Virus record (IMG/VR): IMGVR_UViG_3300048599_000388
Coordinates: 1 to 64,000 of that record
Source: a virus
Length of the DNA stretch: 64,000 nucleotides
Direction: 5' to 3' (one strand)
Made by a program: the position numbers and the translations under genes. Numbering within the stretch: position 1 is the stretch's first letter; every line of letters begins with the position of its first letter. This document shows, in pieces, positions 1 to 8,188 of the stretch. A model generated the notes under the pieces. That model saw only the letters and a program-made list of their open reading frames with translations. It did not search any database and had not been told where the DNA came from.

Positions 1-113
1 TGCCATACACGTATTGGATGGTCGCATTGTCCCGCACGTATTGGATGGTCGCATTGCCATACACGTATTGGATGGTCGCATTGTCCCGCACGTATTGGAT
101 GGTCGCATTGTCG
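1..113. repeat. Four tandem 27-nt repeats (core CACGTATTGGATGGTCGCATTG at 8-29, 35-56, 62-83, 89-110)
   Basis: Read directly; period 27 nt = 9 codons of the minus-strand ORF; no spacers. Confidence 0.9.
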
Positions 114-247
114 CCAATACGAACAATCCAATTATCCTTTGGGTGCACCGTGTTATACAAACCATCCACGATTTCTATGATAGTTTGTTCTTGCAAGTCA
201 CCAATTTGGTTCAAATCATCCACCGATTTGACAATTATTTTTTTCAT
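1..247 (-). CDS. N-terminal part of a repeat protein (9-aa NATIQYV[YR][GD] repeats), truncated by window edge
   Basis: ATG at 247 preceded by GGAGG; reverse-strand frame open to position 1 (MKKIIVKSVDDL...GDNATIQYVRDNATIQYVYGNATIQYV...). Confidence 0.55.
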   Translation of the reverse strand, partial: MKKIIVKSVDDLNQIGDLQEQTIIEIVDGLYNTVHPKDNWIVRIGDNATIQYVRDNATIQYVYGNATIQYVRDNATIQYVYG

Positions 248-291
248 ATGATACCTCCGAATATGTAATGTAAATTATTCCAAAACCCGAA

Positions 292-774
292 CTATCTCCC
301 CACACCCCTCATCTTCTCGTCCAGCCAGCCACGCATCACGTCCTTGAGCCATGCGACAACCATACCGCTGTTCAACGATTTGGATGATTGCGCTATCAAC
401 ACGCCCTTCAGGATGGGAACGGCCACTGGAGCAGGGATTGTTCCGTATGGTGTAACCGTCTTGTCCCATCCAATCTCAGCACACGGAATGACCGAATGTT
501 CCACGAGCTCCCCCAGAATGCATTGGACGTCCCATGCGTCAACCTTCAGCAGGGATGCCAACGTGGATAGGTTGACGTGCAACGTATCGTTCACGATGGG
601 CAAATTGACCGTACGTTCACTGTCAGGCGTGCGTACAGTGATAACCGTCTGGTCTTTTGTCCCTGGTGCGGCAATGTCCGCCGTTATGGTGTAGGCGCAT
701 GGAGACATGCTAATCTCACTCGCGCCCGTCTGGATGTTTTCGATTTTTGCCGTGCAATGAAGGGTATTTTCCAT
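292..774 (-). CDS. Hypothetical protein (160 aa)
   Basis: Co-oriented ORF in the ParB operon; no recognisable motif. Confidence 0.45.
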   Translation of the reverse strand: MENTLHCTAKIENIQTGASEISMSPCAYTITADIAAPGTKDQTVITVRTPDSERTVNLPIVNDTLHVNLSTLASLLKVDAWDVQCILGELVEHSVIPCAEIGWDKTVTPYGTIPAPVAVPILKGVLIAQSSKSLNSGMVVAWLKDVMRGWLDEKMRGVGR

Positions 775-809
775 GGTTCAACAACTCCTTTTTATTACAA
801 AAAGAAACA

Positions 810-1562
810 TCAATCTTTTTTTCTCGCTGCCTCTTTTGCAAAAAAGGCGAGAGGTATCTTCTGTTCCAAATTCTTGTTATACAACTTTTCAAACATTCTT
901 AAATATTCACCAATGGAGCCACACTTGGAAACAATACTATTCTGAGATGCCAACTTTTGTCTGAGAAGCTTAACATTTACCTGCTTCACTTTGATTATCC
1001 TTGCAAGGGCCAAAACAAAGTCAGAGGATGATGCAAACTCAAGACCCCTCTGCCTACAAACCTGGACCAAGTCAGCAATAATTCTGGGGCCGATTTCGTC
1101 TTTGACAGTAAATGCCCCTGTTTTAAAGATTACTACATCCTGGCCAGTCCATTGGCATCGACCAGCCATTAGCGCTATACAAGCCGTTATCGGTATTTGA
1201 TTTTTGTCTCGGAACCGTTTGATTGCTAAATAATGGGGATTCTCTTGTCTCACATATGCACACAAGTAATCATTGGTATTCCACTTCTGAGAAGCCCGCT
1301 CTAGTTCGGGGATAGTTGCCTCGTCTTCACAAACAACGTATTTGACGGCCATCCCGAGAGATTGTGCTACAAAAAATCTATGGTGACCAGCCTTGATTAA
1401 CAGTTTCCCGTTATTTGATTTCACCACATGCATTGGATACGCATCGATCCATCCGTATTTTTTCATCGATGCTTTCAATGCCAAAGTCTCCCCGATCTGC
1501 CTATTCACCGAAAATGTCTCAAAGAGATCATAATTTCGTGTCTCACAAATTTTTACAGTCAT
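810..1562 (-). CDS. ParB/sulfiredoxin-like N-terminal domain protein (divergent, GHHR variant)
   Basis: YPMHVV..LLIKAGHHRFFVAQSLG motif; its ATG abuts the stop of the upstream ParB gene. Confidence 0.6.
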   Translation of the reverse strand: MTVKICETRNYDLFETFSVNRQIGETLALKASMKKYGWIDAYPMHVVKSNNGKLLIKAGHHRFFVAQSLGMAVKYVVCEDEATIPELERASQKWNTNDYLCAYVRQENPHYLAIKRFRDKNQIPITACIALMAGRCQWTGQDVVIFKTGAFTVKDEIGPRIIADLVQVCRQRGLEFASSSDFVLALARIIKVKQVNVKLLRQKLASQNSIVSKCGSIGEYLRMFEKLYNKNLEQKIPLAFFAKEAARKKD

Positions 1563-1563
1563 T

Positions 1564-2433
1564 TTACTTCACTCCTTTTTTGTTTAGATAGCTGTTACAC
1601 CAATCCCTTACCTCTTGAATTGCTTCAATCTTGTGTGGATCTGTCTCTACAATCACCTCCAAGCTGGTAATTGCTAAGGTAGCCTGCTGTAGTGCATTAC
1701 TATAAAGTCTTGGAGGTGGCGCTTTTTTGGCTGCAGCGGAAGGGGGGTCTAAATTAGCAGACCCCCTCTTTATCCCCTTCAAGTCATCAACCGCCACTCG
1801 ACGTTCTCTTTTGGGGAGAGAGATGATACGGCGCTGTTCTTGCTCGGGTTGCTCCGCTACCACCGCAGCGTCTTTGATGGATATTTTGTCCATATCCATA
1901 GCGGTCTTAAGTTCGTCTACACCCTGGGTGACGACTTTTTTCGCTTGTTCGTACGTCCTCCCCGAACCCCAACCGACACGATTGGCTGCGAGGTCGCGGG
2001 TTTTTTCTCCCAAACTTAATTGTGGTTCCGGAACCACAATTGACAAATCATTACCTTTTTTCAAATTCGGGTTCCCCCGTCTCTCTCCCATTTCCCGCTC
2101 CAGCGCCTCCGCAATGGCTACCCTCTCGCTTTTGGTGAAATCCTTCCGCATCTCGTTCTCTGCGTATTCACCCTCAATGATGCTGTTGATTTGAACTACT
2201 CTCGCAGGTATTTCTATCCAACCCAACAGCTCTGCCGCTTTGAGACGACGCTCTCCCCAGACCAATACATTGTCTTCTGTAATGCCTATTGGTTGTAGCA
2301 ACCCATGTTCATGGATACTGGCCGCCAAACCATGAAGGTCCCCCATGTCTTGGCGATAACGCGTTCCAATGGTGATTTCACTGATTGTTTTCTCAATGAC
2401 TTTAATGTCTGTTGACATTGGCGCCTCTTCCAC
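1564..2433 (-). CDS. parB: ParB-family protein with canonical GERR arginine patch
   Basis: LLQPIGITEDNVLVWGERRLKAAELLGW = ParB box II (CTP-binding N-domain), followed by an HTH-like middle region. Confidence 0.7.
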   Translation of the reverse strand: MEEAPMSTDIKVIEKTISEITIGTRYRQDMGDLHGLAASIHEHGLLQPIGITEDNVLVWGERRLKAAELLGWIEIPARVVQINSIIEGEYAENEMRKDFTKSERVAIAEALEREMGERRGNPNLKKGNDLSIVVPEPQLSLGEKTRDLAANRVGWGSGRTYEQAKKVVTQGVDELKTAMDMDKISIKDAAVVAEQPEQEQRRIISLPKRERRVAVDDLKGIKRGSANLDPPSAAAKKAPPPRLYSNALQQATLAITSLEVIVETDPHKIEAIQEVRDWCNSYLNKKGVK

Positions 2434-2453
2434 TTTCGCTTTACTTCCGTTTT

Positions 2454-2687
2454 TTATTCGCCAAACGCAAGCTTACCTTTTGATATTTCTAGCTTATGAG
2501 CAATCTTTTCGAGCAGCCTGTAGGTTGGGATAAAATCAGTTTTCCCCGCTTCATGCTGTAGTTTCCAATAGCCGATTACGTCTTTACCAATGCCGAGGAA
2601 CCTTGCAAATTCTGCGTCGGTTTTGATGTGAGTAGGCTTCAATGTCTGCAAGCGAGAATAGAAAGACACTTCTGATGTTTCAGGCAT
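2454..2687 (-). CDS. XRE-family HTH regulator (Cro-like candidate)
   Basis: KTDAEFARFLGIGKDVIGYW helix-turn-helix; first gene leaving the divergent region on the minus strand. Confidence 0.7.
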   Translation of the reverse strand: MPETSEVSFYSRLQTLKPTHIKTDAEFARFLGIGKDVIGYWKLQHEAGKTDFIPTYRLLEKIAHKLEISKGKLAFGE

Positions 2688-2875
2688 ACCTATCCCCTGT
2701 TAAAAAAACTTGACAAAGTTTTAAGGATAGGAGAAAAGTAGGGGTAGAAGGTAGGCTACTTTCTCCCACAACCATTTTGCATTTTTACACCGAATGACTA
2801 GAGAGTAGCCTACCCTCTATTTTCTAGTCAAGATAAAAATGACTTACTGTTTGATGTTTTTTACAAAGAGGCATT
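2688..2875. promoter_or_regulatory. Divergent switch region with nested inverted repeats (candidate operators)
   Basis: GGTAGGCTACT 2750-2760 vs AGTAGCCTACC 2804-2814; TGACTAGA 2795-2802 vs TCTAGTCA 2823-2830; AGTCA/TGACT 2826-2845. Confidence 0.55.
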
Positions 2876-3271
2876 ATGGTTAAGAAAAAAGAAACCAAAA
2901 AAGGTGTAGGTGGTAAACAGGGACAACCAAAAAGGGAGAAGAAAATGCCACCACTTAGGAATTGGAACCCAATTTTGCTGCGCTTGTATGAAAAAGCGAC
3001 TGAATTTGACATGCAGACGTATCAGAACGAAGTAGCCAAAATTATTGGCATAAGTGAACACAACCTTGGCTCATGGATGCGGGGGGCTTCAATTAGTCAA
3101 CAAAACATGGAATTATTGGCAAGATACCTGAAGAGCCAGAAATTTTCTGACCCGGAGATTGTGTACGTCTTTTTTGGACAAAACGTTTCCGAATCGGGGG
3201 CTTTTAGAATCTTAAACGATTATCAAGAGCGACCCAAAAAAGTTGAAGACGACGCAAACAAGCAAGAATAA
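2876..3271 (+). CDS. HTH DNA-binding regulator (CI-like candidate)
   Basis: QNEVAKIIGISEHNLGSWMRG HTH; RBS AAAGAGG; Lys-rich N-terminus, internal ATG near 2945 may be the real start. Confidence 0.6.
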   Translation: MVKKKETKKGVGGKQGQPKREKKMPPLRNWNPILLRLYEKATEFDMQTYQNEVAKIIGISEHNLGSWMRGASISQQNMELLARYLKSQKFSDPEIVYVFFGQNVSESGAFRILNDYQERPKKVEDDANKQE

Positions 3272-3361
3272 AAGTAAGTGGGGGGATTGCACACCACAAT
3301 TATTACTAATCTTTTTATTCAATGTTCTGGCTAGCACACATTATAATTAGGGGGAACGCTC

Positions 3362-4093
3362 ATGAAAAAGTGTCGCCATGTTGGAATGTACGCGCTGTTG
3401 CTTTTTACCACACTTTTCATCTCTATCGACTCGTTTGCTCAAAACTTTCGCTATATCCCATCCTCTAATTACCCGCTGACCGATTTTAAAGAGTTCGGGA
3501 TGATTTTTGAGCCCTATCACCAACGGATTACCGAAAAACTCACCCGTGATTTATTGGAACGAGAACGCGTCAATGGGCATTGGAGTGGATCGAGACAAGA
3601 GGATGCCATCCGGCAGACGGTGAAGAAGTATTACGCTATTTCGAAAAACGTCTATCCAGGGAAGTATGGCAGCGATTCGTCTAGCAGCGAGAGAGCCACC
3701 AAAGACACAAATGGATTTTTGGTGAAATGGGCAGAAGAACACAAGACAACCCTGAGTGCAGCACAAGCCAAGGAAAACGCTCTCAAAGAATACAGAGAGG
3801 CGGTAGATATGGTCCAGGCGATATCAGAAGGAAAGGCTTTGCGACAACAGGAGCGTTCCGAAAGGTCTCGTATTGAAACCATTGAACGAGGCAAAGCCAA
3901 GGCTGAATGGGAAAAACGAGCGTACGAACAATATGACCGTGAGAACTCTCAGCGTGCCAGTGAAGACAAAGCGCGTGAATGCGAGAAGCGCTGTAAGAAT
4001 CAATATTGGGACTCTGAGATTTTGTACTACAGATGTTACAACCTGTGCAAAGAGCACGAGAAGCCGAAGGCTGCGCCTATTAGGCATCCGTAG
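3362..4093 (+). CDS. Secreted protein of unknown function (moron candidate)
   Basis: Signal peptide MYALLLFTTLFISIDSFAQ, charged coiled-coil-like middle, Cys-rich C-terminus; sits beside the immunity region. Confidence 0.55.
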   Translation: MKKCRHVGMYALLLFTTLFISIDSFAQNFRYIPSSNYPLTDFKEFGMIFEPYHQRITEKLTRDLLERERVNGHWSGSRQEDAIRQTVKKYYAISKNVYPGKYGSDSSSSERATKDTNGFLVKWAEEHKTTLSAAQAKENALKEYREAVDMVQAISEGKALRQQERSERSRIETIERGKAKAEWEKRAYEQYDRENSQRASEDKARECEKRCKNQYWDSEILYYRCYNLCKEHEKPKAAPIRHP

Positions 4094-4100
4094 TGGGTAG

Positions 4101-4274
4101 TTAGTCATCATCTTCATAGTTTACGTAACAGGAATGACTACAAAACCACAGGACTATGGATTCGGTCCCCTGGTCTGGATAACTCGCAGGAGTCGCGACA
4201 TAGTAGCCCTCTTCTGTGAGCAAGTCTTCCGTATGATATTCTTTGCCGCAATAATCACATTGTTGGGTTGTCAT
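4101..4274 (-). CDS. Small Cys-rich protein (57 aa, CxxC...CxxxC), below the ORF-track cutoff
   Basis: Hand translation MTTQQCDYCGKEYHTEDLL...WFCSHSCYVNYEDDD; its ATG overlaps the end of the upstream gene by 20 nt; weak RBS. Confidence 0.3.
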   Translation of the reverse strand: MTTQQCDYCGKEYHTEDLLTEEGYYVATPASYPDQGTESIVLWFCSHSCYVNYEDDD

Positions 4275-4611
4275 TGTTACCTGCCGGTTTCTGCCACTTT
4301 TCGAGTTCCGATGTGTCGCCGGTCAGTAGCGCTTTAGCTATTTCTTCACGTTGATATCGTTCTTGTGACCAATCGTATTTCTGGATCTCAACCCATGCTT
4401 GCCATGCATCCCATAACCGTTGATCATTTACCCTTAAACACAACTCCGCCACTCTTCCCGGCAGTGTGCGTTTCTCTATTTCAGCCATTATTTCTAAGGC
4501 TCGCCTCAACAGGTCGTGCCCCTCTGCATTGTGAAACTTTTTGTGCCGTTCTTCCTTGAGTCTTTCTTTCAACTCTTCCCATTCAGGCGTCATGGCCATT
4601 CCCTCCTTCAC
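4255..4611 (-). CDS. Hypothetical protein (probable start 4599)
   Basis: GAAGGAGGG RBS precedes the internal ATG (MAMTPEW). Confidence 0.5.
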   Translation of the reverse strand: MKEGMAMTPEWEELKERLKEERHKKFHNAEGHDLLRRALEIMAEIEKRTLPGRVAELCLRVNDQRLWDAWQAWVEIQKYDWSQERYQREEIAKALLTGDTSELEKWQKPAGNNDNPTM

Positions 4612-4613
4612 TT

Positions 4614-4636
4614 TTTTGCGCGACTTTTGCGCGACT
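4614..4636 (+). repeat. Left att-arm repeat: (TTTTGCGCGAC)x2+T
   Basis: Identical 23-mer recurs at 4864-4886; a related unit lies at 6118-6137. Confidence 0.85.
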
Positions 4637-4736
4637 ATCCGTTGTTTCTACCGTCTTAACCCGTCTCTACTTGTGTCTATTCGCATCGAAATTACAGGGG
4701 ATTTTTGCCAAGTCGTTAATTATTTTACGTCAGTCA

Positions 4737-4786
4737 CTGCATTCGGGATGCAGGGGTCGCTGGTTCAAATCCAGTCGTCCCGACCA
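4737..4786 (+). other. att core: 3' 50 nt of tRNA-Pro(CGG), from the anticodon arm to CCA; not a complete tRNA
   Basis: CTGCA-TTCGGGA-TGCAG (anticodon CGG), GGGTC, GCTGG-TTCAAAT-CCAGT, CGTCCCG-A-CCA; no D-arm or CGGGACG 5' acceptor strand upstream. Confidence 0.75.
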
Positions 4787-4856
4787 CGTAAAGTGTTGTG
4801 GTTATTGGTGGTTTTTAGAAAGCGGATGTGGTGGTGCACCTCCGCTTTCGCCGTTC

Positions 4857-6062
4857 TTATCCGTTTTGCGCGACTTTTGCGCGACTGTCTGCCTTCGGTC
4901 CCCATATCTCAGTTTCTCCATGGTCGAAAGTCATCAGATCGATTGCCTGGATTAATTCCGCTTCATTGATGCGTCCGTACCGTTCGACAACCGACAGTGC
5001 CCGGTCTTTATGGCCAAGGATAGCTTCTCTAATTTCTGGATCCATTCCGGACCTGCGCGCATTCATCTTCCATGTGTGCCGGAGATCGTGGAACCGTGGT
5101 CGAGGATCCTTGAGCTCGATTCGTTCAACGGCCTTGCGCCATGTGTTCTTCACGGAACTAGGTTGTGGCTGGCGCCCTTGCAAGAGGAACACGGGACCGT
5201 TCCCGATGCTTTGGATTTTCCCACCCATCACCTCTGTCAGGATTGGCACAAGACTCCTGTGAATCGGGATCCGTTTCCAATCGTGCTCTTTTGTATCCTC
5301 GGGTTCTAGAAGAATCATACGACGCGCAAGGCTGACTTGGTTTCTCTTGAGCGCCACAATCTCTCCTCTTCGCATCCCGGTATAGTAGGCAACCCACACA
5401 ATGGGCTTGAGCCAGTCTGATACGCGCTCCACTATGTTCCGAACATCGGTATACGAGAGATACCCTCCACGTCCAGTTTTACGCCCGAGTTTCGTGACGG
5501 TCTTCATTGGACTCTTGTGGACAATCTCCATTTCCATCAGAATCGTGAACAGCTTGGACAATGAAGCAAGCTCGCGGTCTATGGTAGCAGGACGGCGGCC
5601 GGCCTTCTGACGTGCAACCTGATACTGTCTAACCTGGATTGTCCGGATGTCCTGAATCGGCATGTCCTTCCCGAAGAAATCTACGAGATGTCCAAGGCTG
5701 AACGCGTGTCTCTCGAGCCCCTTTGATTCTGCAATGCCTGGGTATTGCATGAACGTTTGGATTGCATCCCAGAGTGTGAGAGCGTCAGGACTGGACGGTT
5801 GCGAGACAGACATTCTCTCATTTTTCGCCAAGCTCAAATCTTCTGGAATAACCCACTTGGCCAGTTCATGGATCCGAATACAAACCGCCCTGCTCTCTGG
5901 GCCGAGATTTCTAAAGTCTTGATGTCTGCAGGCCGTCAAAACCTCCTGTTCTATCCGTTTTGCTTCCGGAATGTTGGTTGCCTGTGTTGACACTGTGATA
6001 ACCCTGTCGCATCCAAATGGACGGATTCTAAGGTGATACACCTTCCCTCGTTTCACTTGCAT
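4857..6062 (-). CDS. int: Tyrosine integrase
   Basis: C-terminal HDLRHTW ... LGHKD ... ERY motifs; AAGGAG RBS before ATG 6062 (ORF-track start 6104 is probably too long); adjacent to the att core. Confidence 0.9.
   Translation of the reverse strand: MQVKRGKVYHLRIRPFGCDRVITVSTQATNIPEAKRIEQEVLTACRHQDFRNLGPESRAVCIRIHELAKWVIPEDLSLAKNERMSVSQPSSPDALTLWDAIQTFMQYPGIAESKGLERHAFSLGHLVDFFGKDMPIQDIRTIQVRQYQVARQKAGRRPATIDRELASLSKLFTILMEMEIVHKSPMKTVTKLGRKTGRGGYLSYTDVRNIVERVSDWLKPIVWVAYYTGMRRGEIVALKRNQVSLARRMILLEPEDTKEHDWKRIPIHRSLVPILTEVMGGKIQSIGNGPVFLLQGRQPQPSSVKNTWRKAVERIELKDPRPRFHDLRHTWKMNARRSGMDPEIREAILGHKDRALSVVERYGRINEAELIQAIDLMTFDHGETEIWGPKADSRAKVAQNG
4864..4886 (+). repeat. Right att-arm repeat: (TTTTGCGCGAC)x2+T, inside the 3' end of the integrase gene
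   Basis: Exact copy of 4614-4636 in the same orientation. Confidence 0.85.
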
Positions 6063-6436
6063 AGTGCCAAAATCTCCTTTACTGTAGTGGACTTTGGCAA
6101 ACAACCCCCTGTTTCGGTGCGCGCTTTTGCGCGTCGCTTGGCTTTATCATCACCACCTTTCGAGGCTAACGATAAGGGCGATTTGCTCGAGATGTCAAGC
6201 GATTGTCGTGTTTGGGGGGTATTGATAGATTCGATATACGCGTCAAGGGCGGTCCTGAAAAATCGCCTGTCCCGACGCGTCTCAGAGACACAGGGTAGTT
6301 TACGGAGACGTACCAAACGATGCAGAGCGCGTATGCTGATACGGAGATAATGTGCAGCTTCACCCGCAGTGAGTAGCGGAGACTCTACCGGGAACCCTAC
6401 TGGACTTGTGGTCATTACGAACCACCAAAAAATCAC
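6053..6436 (-). CDS. xis: Excisionase-like HTH protein
   Basis: LTAGEAAHYLRISIRALHRLVRLRKLP excisionase/MerR-type HTH; overlaps the int start by 10 nt; likely start near 6415. Confidence 0.65.
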   Translation of the reverse strand: MIFWWFVMTTSPVGFPVESPLLTAGEAAHYLRISIRALHRLVRLRKLPCVSETRRDRRFFRTALDAYIESINTPQTRQSLDISSKSPLSLASKGGDDKAKRRAKARTETGGCLPKSTTVKEILALCK

Positions 6437-6713
6437 GGGTCATAAATCACCATGACGATCTTCTCCTCATGTGTCGATTGGCGTGCAAAGCACCTTATCC
6501 ATCGGGGATTGGTAGTGTTATACGGAAATGGAGAGGATGTGTCAAAGGGAAAAAGCGACATATCAGAACGAACATGGCTCCGTAGTTTGAAACTCCCGCA
6601 AAGACTGACAGACTACAGAGCCGTGGTAACCACAAAATGGTCTTTTTTGTCCAAAACGCTAATGCCTATGACGCACTAGCACCACATTTGCGTTAATTTT
6701 AGCTCACGATGAC

Positions 6714-6962
6714 TTATTTGTCAATCTTTAATATCGCAGGCTCTTCCATGGATATAGGTTCAATGTCATGTTTCTGATGATGTGCCCAAATTACTGGCGC
6801 TACAAGCGCAAGCGCTTCCGCTACCACCCTCAACTCCGCTGCCGGCAGTTCCCTAACCATGAACTCCGCAACTTTCTGTACACTTGGATGCATTTTGATG
6901 ATCATAATTCGTCCTTTAAAAAAGATAAAAAGAGTTAGAACGCGAATTAATTGTCGTGTCAA
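6714..6962 (-). CDS. Hypothetical protein
   Basis: Co-oriented ORF downstream of the MuF-like gene; internal ATG around 6905 has AAAGGA upstream. Confidence 0.4.
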   Translation of the reverse strand: MTRQLIRVLTLFIFFKGRIMIIKMHPSVQKVAEFMVRELPAAELRVVAEALALVAPVIWAHHQKHDIEPISMEEPAILKIDK

Positions 6963-6995
6963 GAAAAAAAGACTACATTGTCTGGCTAGGCGCTT

Positions 6996-8084
6996 CTAAT
7001 ACAACCACATCTGCGAACAACGGCAGTGCGGATGAAACGGAACCAGATAACCGGCCTTGGTAATCTCTTCAGGTCCGAGCAACTGCACTTCGTTGAATCG
7101 CGGGAATTTCCAGGCGTCTATGTAATCATCGATATTTTTGATATCCAAATCTTTGTCCACTTTGACTTGTGCCTGCTTCACGTCCACCTCTTGACCGTGC
7201 ATCACAAGGCAGACTCCGCAGGTCACCTCGTCCAGTATTGCCACTATCTGAAGACGTCCAACCTTGTTCGCGTTAGCGAACGCTATTCCGTCAGAATGCC
7301 ACATGCGCCCGATATGGACGTCCGTGAACTGTGACCAGTAGGTGTCAGCAGCCAAGAACTTATTGGCGCGTTCAGCTATGTAAGCAATGTCGATTTCCCG
7401 GGCAATCTCATAATCTGCCATGAGACTGATTAGCCGTTCAATTTCTGGGGCAAGTATGTGTTCCGGGTATGCTATGGCGAGTTGCTTGATTTGTTCGGCA
7501 TGTAGAGCGCGTATGCGTTCTTGGTAAGCATCGTCTGGAGATTCGACCGCTTTGGTAATGAAACGACTTTCGTTACCAGAAACATCTCCCTTCTCTTTCG
7601 GCGCGTTGGCTATCCAATCCAACGCGTATTTTTTCCAATACGCGTTGGATTTCTTGAACGCCAAATCGACAAGAATTCCAACTTTATCTCCCAGCGCCTT
7701 CTTAAACCGTTTTTTCAGCGGAGACAGTCCGCTTTGCAACGTCTTGCGTGCACCCTCAACATCTGCTTCTTGGATTTTTTGGAGCAGCTTGTCCGCCCAG
7801 TCAGCGCTTGATTCGTCCCATGCCTCACGTATCAACTTACGGAGCAAGAGAGAGTAACGAAGCCATTGTGGGTCTTTTGTCGCGCCTGGGACAGCAGGAT
7901 TCGGTGTGGGCAATTCTGTGTCGGCTTTTGTCGTGCTCTGTTTTCTGCTACGCTCCCATTGAGCGGCACCGAGTGCGTAAACCTGATTCGTTCCTAGATA
8001 AGAATCGTTCTTATGTAAGAATGCTTCGCATCTAGCAAGAAACCGGTCTCTGGTTTCGTCAGGGTATGGCGTCGGGATTGGCAT
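6996..8084 (-). CDS. Minor head / head-morphogenesis protein (Mu F / SPP1 gp7-like)
   Basis: C-terminal VPFHPHCRCS motif; directly downstream of the portal gene. Confidence 0.7.
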   Translation of the reverse strand: MPIPTPYPDETRDRFLARCEAFLHKNDSYLGTNQVYALGAAQWERSRKQSTTKADTELPTPNPAVPGATKDPQWLRYSLLLRKLIREAWDESSADWADKLLQKIQEADVEGARKTLQSGLSPLKKRFKKALGDKVGILVDLAFKKSNAYWKKYALDWIANAPKEKGDVSGNESRFITKAVESPDDAYQERIRALHAEQIKQLAIAYPEHILAPEIERLISLMADYEIAREIDIAYIAERANKFLAADTYWSQFTDVHIGRMWHSDGIAFANANKVGRLQIVAILDEVTCGVCLVMHGQEVDVKQAQVKVDKDLDIKNIDDYIDAWKFPRFNEVQLLGPEEITKAGYLVPFHPHCRCSQMWLY

Positions 8085-8188
8085 TAAGCAAACCTGGACC
8101 TACACGCACGACACGAAAAATATGAGCACAAGCGCCATTGCGATTTTGAGTAGAGCGATTTTGAGAAAAGGCATGATGTCTCCAGTTG

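Noticed and set aside
1-113. Possible CRISPR array or noncoding satellite (27-nt repeats)
   Set aside because: The repeats abut directly with no spacers. The period is exactly 9 codons, and they lie in an open minus-strand frame continuous with an RBS-preceded ATG at 247.
2710-2715. TTGACA as the -35 of the rightward switch promoter
   Set aside because: There is no acceptable -10 hexamer at 16-18 nt spacing, and it lies about 160 nt from the start codon.
4690-4786. Complete tRNA-Pro gene
   Set aside because: Only the anticodon arm, T-arm and 3' acceptor strand are present. The upstream sequence (…TTATTTTACGTCAGTCA) has no D-arm and no CGGGACG 5' acceptor strand. It is treated as an att core fragment.
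4541-5309. Plus-strand ORFs 4541..4969, 4671..4955, 4828..5262 and 5010..5309
   Set aside because: They run through the att core or tRNA fragment, or lie antisense to the integrase. None has an RBS, and their compositions look like shadow frames.
6452-6679. 75-aa plus-strand ORF in the xis-upstream gap
   Set aside because: It has no RBS and is isolated on the opposite strand. The region is more plausibly the promoter/leader for xis-int. I cannot exclude a small RNA.
8100-8174. 24-aa hydrophobic mini-ORF (MPFLKIALLKIAMALVLIFFVSCV) between the portal and MuF-like genes
   Set aside because: It is too short to support without expression data. Its internal 11-nt direct repeat (GCGATTTTGAG x2) may simply be intergenic sequence.
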